Part shown: positions 13,285-23,779 of the stretch, one piece after another
How the letters are laid out: each line of letters opens with the position of its first letter
Numbering within the stretch: the first letter of the stretch is position 1
Source of the DNA: Podarcis erhardii
Lineage: Eukaryota
Assembly: GCA_964252035.1 (NCBI GenBank)
Contig: OZ176210.1
DNA: 64,000 bases
Direction: 5' to 3' (one strand)
Notes under the pieces: model-generated
Seen by the model: the letters and a program-made list of their open reading frames with translations, nothing else
Database searches by the model: none
What the model was told of the DNA's origin: nothing
Position numbers and translations under genes: made by a program

Positions 13285-14023
13285 GCCATTTAGAATAGTA
13301 ATAGCCATTGGACACTATGGAACATGGGAAGTTAAAAGAGTAAAGAAACATAACTGGGACTTCCTCCTCTTTTCTGGCTTGGATGACTTTGAAATTCGGG
13401 GACCCCTGGCAGAACCCTGGCAGCAAGCTTTTCCAATTAGGTTTGATTCGAGAAAAGATGAAGTGACTGTGACAGACATCCCTCGTGATCTGAAGACCAA
13501 CAAAAAAGACTACCAACAGAACAGACAGAGAGAGACTGAAAGAGACTTAAAGGCCTCTGATGTGAGGAATCCGGGCTAGGAGTTTCATGGGAGGACAGTT
13601 ATTTGGGAAGGGACAGATACCTGGGCAGGGAGGAAGGGGGAAAAACAGAATTCAAAAATTTTATGATTTTGGGGTTTTATAATTTTGATTTATATTTCAA
13701 TATAAAAAAGGGAAATTTATGGTATAAGAACCTTGATCGATCTTAGATAAAGGATCTAATGTATATAAGTGAATGGGACAATAAATTGGGCCTAACAGAA
13801 AGAATTAAGTCTAAACATAATAAGAATAGGGTTAAGGAGAGAAACAAGAACTTGCTGAATTAAATATGGAAATTGGGATGTATGGGTGGGGTGGGGGGAA
13901 GTCAGGGAAAGAGGGTTATGAAAGTAAGGATATGAAAATATTCATGTGTGTGGTTTTTTTTTTTTTTTTGTATGTGTTGTTATAAAATGTGAAAATCCAA
14001 TAAAAATTTATTAAAAAAAAAAA
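13285..14023 (+). mobile_element. Poly(A)-tailed, L1-type retroposed element with 12-bp TSD
   Basis: TAGAATAGTATT at 13273-13284 and 14024-14035; AATAAA at 13999-14004 then an A-tract; G-rich/T-rich 3' UTR typical of squamate L1 ends. Confidence 0.6.
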
Positions 14024-14035
14024 TAGAATAGTATT

Positions 14036-14130
14036 AATAATAATAATAATAACTGTAGACTGCCCGATACCTGTAGATCTCAGGGCGGTTCACAACATGA
14101 AGTTACAATTTAAAAACACATATACATCAT
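14036..14130 (-). mobile_element. Short L2-type 3' tail fragment
   Basis: Minus strand ttgtgaaccgccctgagatc...followed by (TTA)n. Confidence 0.55.
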
Positions 14131-15954
14131 AATAATAAAAATAAAGACAACCTAAGGTGGATGCTGTATCATATGACTTAAGCCGCTGCCTTGGGCAGTG
14201 GAACTCTGCAGGGCTGTGCCCCCATGGGAACCCCCCCACCCCGCCCCTGCCACCACCAGGGTCATGTAGCTGCACCTTCCAGCCAAATATTCTGAGAATT
14301 ATGCAAGATCTCATAAGATCTCACCAGAAGCAACCACGTGACCCCAGTAAGCGAGGCTTCAGTGGGAACAACTTCCTGTCTTGCCTCGGGTGGCAAAACA
14401 GGGTTCGCTCCTATTTCTTTCAAATTTTTAAAACCCACTTAAGATTGCTTCACATCATAAAAACTAATCAAATTACAAAAGGGTCACCAATCTTAAGCCC
14501 AGCATCATGATACTAAATTCAAATCAAGTGATTGCAGTATAGCTAAACTGCTAGGGAAGGGAAGAATGGTGCTATATACAGGTAGCAAGAGGATGTGGTT
14601 TTCTGGATCCAAGCACCATGCAGATTCACTGACTTCTTACCATGCCCTTTGACAGCTGCTCATTCTTGCACTCGGTTAAATATGTTCAGCTACATAGGTC
14701 ACCTTCACTATAGCTTTGCGGTGCTAAATATTTGCAGAAAAGCTGTAGAAATTAGTTTCTTGGAGATATGTTTTAAATATTCAGATTACTGAAGTGTGGA
14801 TCAGTGAAGTTTGGCTGTTACATTAAGAAATAAAATCAATGTTCCCTTATTTCTAGATAGTTTTGAAATTTGAGAGGGGGAGAGTTGAATATTACTTGAA
14901 GATGTTGGCACCATAAATCTAATACTGCTGTGAGCTTAGTAGATGCATAAAACCAATTCATATTATGTCTCAGCATGAGTTTATATCTTCTAATTAGTAC
15001 CACCATTTTATGTAGAGCACATGCTATGAAAGTTTGTTTGTCGTGTCAACAGAGACCAAAGGACATACAGTAGTTCTCTGCTAGAATAAGAGGACTATGT
15101 GGAAACAAAAGGCTTGTACCCTAAGCAGTAGGTAATCAGAAAAGAATGTAAAAGAATTAAGTGCTGTTGTGGAGATAAAGTTATACCCATTTTGCAATGA
15201 GCATAGGTGGTTCTCATGATATTATTTTTCTCATTATTAATTAGACTTCAGTAAAGTACTGTTCTTTAAAAAGTGAATGAAAACATTAAAAGCTTAAAAG
15301 CTTCTATTCTGACAATTGAAAAGTAAAATTTTATGATATTCAAATGCTAATCATATCACTTAGCAGATGACTGAAGAAAGTAGTGTATTTTGAATAGAGG
15401 CATAAATTATAAATTGTAAACAGTGCATGGGGGATATATTGTAACTGCTTCTCATTTAAATTAAGACAGGGAGCTTTTTCTGAAACATATTATGTGACTT
15501 CATTAAGTTTTAAAATCCACTTTATAATGTTTTATTAAGATCTTTTGGCAACAGGCTACAAACTCCCATGCTATAGCAGTTCAAAGTTGTATAAAGAACT
15601 TGGCTATAGCTCACGAGCACATTCATATATTCCAATATTATTTCTACACTTTTCTGTGCTGTTATATAATAAATGTACCTCTCTAATGCTGCTCTCCTTG
15701 CCCACAAATATGTTTTTGCTTTTTTAAAAACTAAAAAACATCTCAAACATTTACATGATCAATGTTTTTTGCTTGAGGGATAAAGTTTGCTCTTCCATAG
15801 ACAAGTGAGAACATATTGATCATTTTATTCTATTTGCTATTTCTAAATTCAATATACCTCTTGAGTCGATAAGCGAGATCGAGAGCATATTTTTTTTTGT
15901 GTGTGCCTGCTTGTAGCTTGTTCTCAAGATTCAAGATACATTTTTGATTAATCA

Positions 15955-16166
15955 NNNNNNNNNNNNNNNNNNNNNNNNNNNNNNNNNNNNNNNNNNNNNN
16001 NNNNNNNNNNNNNNNNNNNNNNNNNNNNNNNNNNNNNNNNNNNNNNNNNNNNNNNNNNNNNNNNNNNNNNNNNNNNNNNNNNNNNNNNNNNNNNNNNNNN
16101 NNNNNNNNNNNNNNNNNNNNNNNNNNNNNNNNNNNNNNNNNNNNNNNNNNNNNNNNNNNNNNNNNN
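15955..16166. other. Assembly gap
   Basis: N run. Confidence 1.
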
Positions 16167-17918
16167 TGAAAGAAATAGTGTATGTTTTAATTGAAACTTT
16201 TAAGACAAACTTTACTCTTCTTAATTTTACTCATTATTAATGCAGATGAATTCACTGCTTCTAGTGCCATGTTAGCTCACTAACTTTGCTTCTTCTTACA
16301 GTTTCAAAAAAAATAATTTTGCCATATAAATTCCATTTTGTTATTTCTTTCTATGCTAATATTCATTTAACATTGTCATTGTGCGAGAAGGAAACAAGGA
16401 TGTTTTTGTTTTGTTTTTCTAGTTTCAATGCCCGTGGGGTTGAATTCTCAGCACAAACTAGAAGTTCTGACTGTGGGATTGGAAGGAATTGTTGAACATT
16501 TTCATTTCACATTTGTCTTCAAAATAACAGTTCTGAGCCTACAGAAAGTGTCATATAATGTAACCTACAAGTATGTCTCCCTTTTGACTTCTGAATACCT
16601 GTTTAATCACATTTGCCACATCTATAGCAATTTGTCTTCTATTACTAGACAGTACATAAATAAGAAATAGTGGCGCAGTTGGTCTGTTAACACCTGGAGA
16701 ACATTTTGTATCAAGCCTGTCTATGATTTGTAATGCTACAGGCAAAAGCCTGTATCATATGGTGGTGCATAAATAAGTGAAAGCTCTCTGGGCTACTTGA
16801 GGACTTTGTTGTAAAACACCTAAAATCAGGGCCTTTCTTCACCTTGTCATAGATTGTTCTTTGCTTCAAACACCATGATCTACTTTTTCTTTCCTCTTAA
16901 AAAGTTCATACTGTCATGGGTAAATCAATGGGGCTAATTAGACACAACAATGCTGTTAAAAATGGAGAGGGAGAAAATAACACATCTGTCATGAACTCCC
17001 TCTTGGAAATGAGACATTTTAAATATTTTATGTTGAACACAAAATATCTTGAGGAGATTGTTTCATATTCTATAGTCCAACACAAACCTCTGTGTGAGAA
17101 GAATAATCCTGCTTGAACAAACCATTTAAACAGTTATTTTTTAAAGGAAAAAAAAGGTTCATAATGTGTTCAATATCTCTTTTACTAAAGAATATATAGT
17201 ACATAAAATGTTTTATCACAGATAATGTATTCAAAATTTACATTTGGAGACTTTTGGCACCCTAGCAACTTGTCCGTGTTGTGCCACTGCATAGAGGAAA
17301 ACATGTAATTTGGCATCATAAGATGAGAAAGAGCAGTGGAAAATCTTGCCAACAGAGAGAACATTCTCTTTCCAATTATTTCTCTTCAGCCAACATCTAA
17401 ATCAAATTGAATGCAAATATTTTGCCCATTAGACTAATCTGAATTGTATTTCTAGCAGTTTTTCCTGCAATATATATTTTCTCCTAAGAAAAATATTTAG
17501 CACATAATTTATATCATACTTTTCAGTGACGTGAAACATTGCCTGTTTTCAGCTTGCATAATTTGTGCATCTGCATGGGTTATGCACCTGTGAGTTTGAA
17601 TTAGAGCATTTAAAGCTATGTATTTAGGTTAACAGAACAGTAGTAGCAAAAACTGAGTGATGGAAAAGAAAGTGTCCTACATGCTAGAATGACACAAATT
17701 CCATAAGTTGTGCATTCATTAATTTCTAAGTCATGTATGTAAAGCATCTGACCATGGACATATTCCTTGTTGTGTTTTTTAAAATCCTTACTAAAAAGAG
17801 AAATGTCCCTACCTGACATTTTTTTTAAGGTTTCTCCATTAAGACCATTCTGTCCCTTCTGTGAAAACATATATTTCATCTTTGACAACTGTTTCATGGC
17901 ACTTGGTGTTACTGATGG

Positions 17919-18051
17919 NNNNNNNNNNNNNNNNNNNNNNNNNNNNNNNNNNNNNNNNNNNNNNNNNNNNNNNNNNNNNNNNNNNNNNNNNNNNNNNNNN
18001 NNNNNNNNNNNNNNNNNNNNNNNNNNNNNNNNNNNNNNNNNNNNNNNNNNN
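17919..18051. other. Assembly gap
   Basis: N run. Confidence 1.
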
Positions 18052-18724
18052 CCAACTGCAGCTGACCCTGCTGTGTTTTCAGCTCCAGTACATCTTATAA
18101 AATAAAGTAGTGTTGTCATGCTGGAAACATATTTGAGGAAATAATTCATGACTATAGTTCACCAGACTGAAAGAGAGGCTGTGCATAGTGTAGAAATTAT
18201 CTTTTGGTTTCTGAGTGAATGGTGACAACCAAAACACTTCATAAGGCCCAGTTCAAGAAAGAGAGTGGGCATGAGTTTTGGCAAATATTGCCACTTCTGC
18301 CCTCCGGCTTAGTTTAAATGGTAAAGCAGAATGAGAAAGAAGCACAGTGGTGATCAGAGAACTGAATATTCTGAATAAACTCTTTATCCAGAGAGAGAAC
18401 TCTGAATGATCACAGTCATGCTTCATAACATGCATTCTGTTTGTCTATCAGCAAATGTTCTTACATTTGCCAAATTCTCAGAATCCTGGCTTTACACTAA
18501 AACAAGCAGGCTTCTTGCACTCATTGAGGAGAAAACGGTAAAATATGTTCAAGCTCAAAAACTGGAGATCTGATTGTGATCATGCTCTCAGTCCCTATGC
18601 CTGTTACTCCCAGACCTTTTTCTCCATCTTTATGCATTTCATTTGTATGGCCTCAACTAAATCATTCCCCTTCCATGGCCGTAGTTACAAACTGGGGTAC
18701 ACCTCATGCATTAGAACTTCCTGC

Positions 18725-18882
18725 CAGTGGCGTAGCGTGGGGGGTGCAGGGGGGGCCGGCCGCACCGGGCGCAACATCTGGGGTTAGGGCAAATCCACGG
18801 GTTAGGGGGCGCAAATCCACGGGTTAGGGGGCGCAAATTACTTGCCTTGCCCCGGGTGCTCACAACCCACGCTACGCCACTG
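18725..18882. mobile_element. Young hAT-type MITE
   Basis: Perfect 17-bp TIR CAGTGGCGTAGCGTGGG; perfect 8-bp TSD CTTCCTGC (18717-18724, 18883-18890); CpGs retained. Confidence 0.9.
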
Positions 18883-21177
18883 CTTCCTGCACAGATAGTA
18901 CTTCCATGTAGGAAATTGCTTGTCACAGTTTAATGAACAGTCACATGTGACAAATGACACTTGTCTAATTTGCTGCATGCACATGGTAAGAAACTCTGAT
19001 TGGTTTCCTCTGAAATAGACTCAACTGAGTTTGCCTTCTGTGGTTCTGTGTATACAAGGTGTATGCATTTTCATATTCAGAAATTATATCTAAATAGGAT
19101 ATTCATATGCTGTAGTCCTGATAAAATAAAAGGCCAGCAGTTATATTTTATTGCATTTAAAAATACATCAAAATTCTGATTTATAGAAAATTAAGAGAAT
19201 ATCCTGCTTGGTCATTCCAACATGTAATTTTCTATATTGTGAACCTTTTCCTATTATTTTGCTTTTCCTCTCCTCCTCTTAGCGTTGATAGATTTTGGGA
19301 GCAATAACATTAAGTTAGTATCTTTTTAGATACTTTTCCTGGTTCAGTGTCCAATAGTTTAGGAGGGGGAAGTCTCAGGGAGAAACAAATGTCATATGAA
19401 CATCAACTGCATCCTTTTCATGTAGCTTCCTATCACTTTACAATCTTATGCTGAATGGAAACTGAATATGTTTGCAACCAAGCTACGGTACTTATGAACA
19501 GTGCCATTTCTATGTTCTCAAAGAAAGTGTAGCAGGAAGAAGAAGAATGTTTTTGGAATATACCAAAAGATAAATGGTCTTTCTATGTAGCTTGAATAAT
19601 TAGCTGTCCAATGAAGTTATCGGACAGGCACAAAGATAAACTGTGTTAGCGGATAAGAAAACTTTCAAAAGCAAAACCTTTTAGACATATGGAATACATA
19701 GGCCAACACTTAATTTGTCCTATTATTTTCTTCTGCATAAGTGTCACACAAAATATGTAGACTAGATTGTTGGATGTCTGTTGAAGATGCAGGTTTGAGA
19801 GTGACAAATGAGATTTACACTTCAAGTGGTAGGTTGTTCAGTTATATAAATATGGCCTAGTGATTAAAAGTCTTTGTGCTAATGTGCTAGCTCCTAGCAC
19901 CATCATTATAAGCAATGTAATAACCCCAGCTTTAGTTAATTTAGCATCTAAAACAGAAGCATACATTTTATTGCCTTATCTGTGCCTTATCTGTAGCAAA
20001 TTGTATATGAAATGGATCCAGCCAATGTTTTAGATCCTAACCCCACCCCACCCCCATAGACCAACTTTGACAGGTGAATGGGGCCACCTTGTATTGTTAT
20101 GAAGTTATGTGGCTTTGCAGATGTTCACTATAACCTCCAATCACCTGATAGATGGTTACTGCAAGCCCCTTTGATGATGTAGCATCAGGACCCATCAGCT
20201 GACTGGTGCTGAGAGCACACCTTCAAAGGGAGTTTCTATAACTGCTGATTGGCAGTTACAGTGAGCACCTTTGAAGTCCATCCGCAGGTGTGGTTAAAAT
20301 TCAAACCACATCTGCAAACAGTCATTTCTCCTCTGCAAACCAGCGAGTTTATTGGGGCCAAAAGTGTGTCTTCAATGGGGCTTGCTGACAGTGCCAGTCT
20401 GCTTGTTGATCAGTACTGACAGCTACTCCCATCAGCTGCATTAGGGATCTCCTAGTGGGAACAATCAGGAACTCACTTTAAGTTTCCACTTGTTCCTTTA
20501 GATTGTTTTTTACCTGCCCCACATGACAACATGTATGGGGAAAAGTGGTTGTGATTTGAATAAAACATGCTCCTGGGCTAAACTGGGAGCTGTGCTGAGC
20601 CTAATTAGGCCTATGGGCAGGAGGTTCCCCAACCCTGCATTAACTGCTCAGAAACCCTATTCTTCTATCTTACATAAGCAGCTCCTTCCCCATCTTCCCT
20701 GGAGCTACTTAAGAAAGACCTGTGTGCCCTAAGGGAAGGCAGAAGTAAGGGAGCCCAGACCAGGTTGCACACACACCATCAGCTCCTGATAGAACATTCT
20801 ATGGCCTGAGAGAAATGTTGGAGCAGCTCCTATCTTCCTGGAGTTCTGTGTGCCCTGAGGAAAGATGAAAGCCCAGTCCAGGAAGCTTGTGCCATCATCT
20901 CCCACTTAGCCTGAGAGGATTTTGTCATGCCACATTTTATATAATTGTTTTAGTACTTTAAAAGTAAAAACTGCCTCAAGTGCCTGGGCACAGTGGTAGT
21001 ATATAAATCTAATAAATATATATACACTACCAGTTTCCAGGCTGTCTGGGAGTCAAAAACCTTTACTAGTCTCCCCCTTCCAGCACTATCTGAAGGCTGT
21101 TGCCGTGGCTAAGGAAGGGAACCAAGAAGAGCTTTGCTGCAGACCAGGTGTGAGTCTCATTGTCTCTTTCCCATCTC

Positions 21178-21351
21178 CAGTGCTTTTTTTCTGGGGGTAC
21201 ACAGGGGTATGCGTACCCCTAAACATTTTGTGAATCTTTGTACTTTGGTCCATTTACTGTATTTATTTTTCCCAATTTGAACTATAAAATTGTGGTTTTC
21301 TTGAGTCAAAATGAGAGTACCCCTAAATATTTTTATAGAAAGAAAGCACTC
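21178..21351. mobile_element. hAT-type MITE
   Basis: TIRs CAGTGCTTTTTTTCT / AGAAAGAAAGCACTC; 8-bp TSD CCCATCTC / CCCGTCTC (7 of 8). Confidence 0.8.
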
Positions 21352-21572
21352 CCCGTCTCCCTCAGCAGCAGCATTGTCCCTGAGTAACGGAGGCGAGGAG
21401 AAGCATCTTTGTTAGTGGGGGGAGGGGAGGTTCCTCTCCTTTCACCATAGTGGCAAAGGGAAAGGTTGAGCCATCTAGGTAGCCACCTTACCACAGTGCC
21501 ACCTGTTTTTGACCCAATCTGTAACCTTCCACGACAGACATTAATGGAGCCAGTTAATTCTGTGACAGTTCC

Positions 21573-21575
<3 letters not shown>

Positions 21576-21607
<32 letters not shown>
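21576..21607. repeat. (TG)n microsatellite
   Basis: Direct inspection. Confidence 0.95.
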
Positions 21608-21608
<1 letters not shown>

Positions 21609-22815
21609 CAGAAAATGAACCAAAGCTCTCAAGGACACCATTTGAGTGGAGGCAAAATCTATAGCCATTGAGTGAGGGCAAAAGAGAGGCCATTCACTTT
21701 CATTAGAGGAAATATCTCACTATTCTTGGTAACACATTTGTAAGTAAGGCAAAATCCCTACAGTACTTACAGTAGGTCACTTGATTCAGGGATTTCCTCA
21801 TCCCAGCTGCATACCCCAGTAGCAATTTATTGTCATAAATTTCAGTGGTTCCCATTGATATCTGTGGGGCAAAGTAAAGGGCCTGCAATATGCAACACAA
21901 CTGAAGGGTCTCTAGTGTCACAGGCTAGTTGGGGAGACACTTTTATTTCATTTTCCCTAATGAGAAAAAGACACTCAAGGACACTGGTGATGGTGTCACC
22001 AAACACTGACAACTTCACCTTTGCTGTTATAGGGTTGTAAGGGGGACTAGCCCAGTCAGGAGCAGAGACCATTGACCTCCACATTTCATCATGGTCTCAC
22101 TGAGTCATTAAGTCAGTGATTACTGGTATATTCCAGATTTCATAATTGCCTCGGAGTGGGCAACTCTATGTATTTCAATGGGTGGAGAATTCAATAGACT
22201 GTCCCCTAACAAATTTATAATATGATTTAAAAAAAAAAAAAAAGCATTTCTGCTGAAGCTAATAAAGTACACAGTCCAGTTCATGTGATTATTCTCAATA
22301 TGCTGCTCTTATTACTGGAGACTTGCAGTCAAAGATGCGATGGTTTATAACAGATAAGCTCTGTAGGCAGTGATATTACTGTGGCAATATGCAAGAAAGT
22401 ACAAAGGTAATGTTCATGCTGCCATGGAGCTTTGAGATAGAATTAGATGATCCATAACTAAAAGGTCCATAAACCAAGCCTATTCCTCCAGCCCCTAGCG
22501 TCACATTAGAAACTGGAAATGAAAGACCTTGTAGGACTGACAACAAACTGCTTTTCTAGAAATCTAACCGTACAGATTCATTTGCCTGTAAGATTTCCAT
22601 TTTTACGGCAGAGTAGGGAAATTCCAGTTCTGTTCATACAGCCAATTATTGATACCAGGTTTTCTAGTCAAGCACTCCCTATTGTTTCCTGTTCTCTCTT
22701 TCTCCCCCCACCCCACTCTTCTAAATTCAGCCTAATAATCTCCTCATGACCTGATAAGAGACTCAAATTTAAAACAGGAAACAGAATAGAATGAGTAGTG
22801 AACTGACTTAGAAGT

Positions 22816-22998
22816 GGGGCCATAGATCCATGGTAGAGCACATGTTTTGCATGCTGAAGCTTCCAGGTTCAGATCCCAGCATCTCCAGGTAGGATTGTGA
22901 AAGTCCTTTCTCTGAAAACCCTGGATAAATAACCACTGCCAGTCACTATATAGGCTCAATGCTCTGACTCTGTATAAGGCAGTTTCTTGTGTTCCTAT
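22816..22998 (+). mobile_element. tRNA-derived SINE with CR1-type tail, degenerate
   Basis: A-box-like ggggcccatagatccatggtagagc, B-box-like caggttcagatcccagc, tail gctctgactctgtataaggcagtttcttgtgttccta. Confidence 0.72.
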
Positions 22999-23484
22999 GA
23001 CCTTCATTGGGATCAGTGGCAAAGTACACTATGGGAAATCTATTCAGAACAAATGATAGACAAGGGAAGTATGCTATTCCAGTACTATCCCTAGTGTAAG
23101 CCAAGCATCAGCAAGAAATAGTGCAGTGGAAGCAGGGCCTCATCAGCTGACATGAATGGAGAAATGATGCTAGAGGCTGATTCATATTTCTGAAACTTAC
23201 CTCTAATTTAGTAATCTCTTCCTTCTTCTATATGAACCACTCACAATACATGATGGAAGCACATGGAAGATTGGCTTCTCAACATACTGAAAATAAATAA
23301 CGTAATGCAAAATTTGTTAGGTACTGTATATATCTATCCAGAATTGACTGCTAGGGCAGTTACAGGTTTTGAGAGGTTAGCTATATTTGTATCTAATAAA
23401 TCTAAAGGTGTCTAGTGTCTGGAACTATCTTGGAAAAGTCTCCTGGGAGCAAAATAGTCTGGGAATGGGGCATGGGTTGTAGTA

Positions 23485-23779
23485 TCTGCACTAGATTTAG
23501 GGTGGTATGGGTGCTTCCCCTGCTCAGGGCGCCAAGCTGAGGGGGTGCAAAATAATAATAATAATGATGATGATGATGATGATGCCTATAGTTATACAGG
23601 TATCTGCTGAGAAGTTCCATAAATAAGCAACTGTGCCAAAAGGAACTACTATGAAAATAATAAGTATTTGGGGAGGGGGTATAAACAGAACGGAAGGGGG
23701 CGCATATATATTTGTCCTTTTCAGGGGATGCCAAATTTTGGCCTCACTCAGGGTGCCATGTTACCTAATTCCGCCCCTG
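23485..23779. mobile_element. Degenerate MITE containing (AAT)/(GAT) repeat
   Basis: Right end tccgcccctg typical of CAGGGGCGGA-type TIRs; left end poorly preserved. Confidence 0.35.

Noticed and set aside
11861-18149. ORFs containing long X runs
   Set aside because: Artefacts of translating through N gaps; likewise near 4320, 46100 and 54500.
18781-18835. Interstitial telomere or CRISPR-like array
   Set aside because: Only two 22-bp units and three isolated TTAGGG hexamers inside a MITE; no spacers, eukaryotic context.
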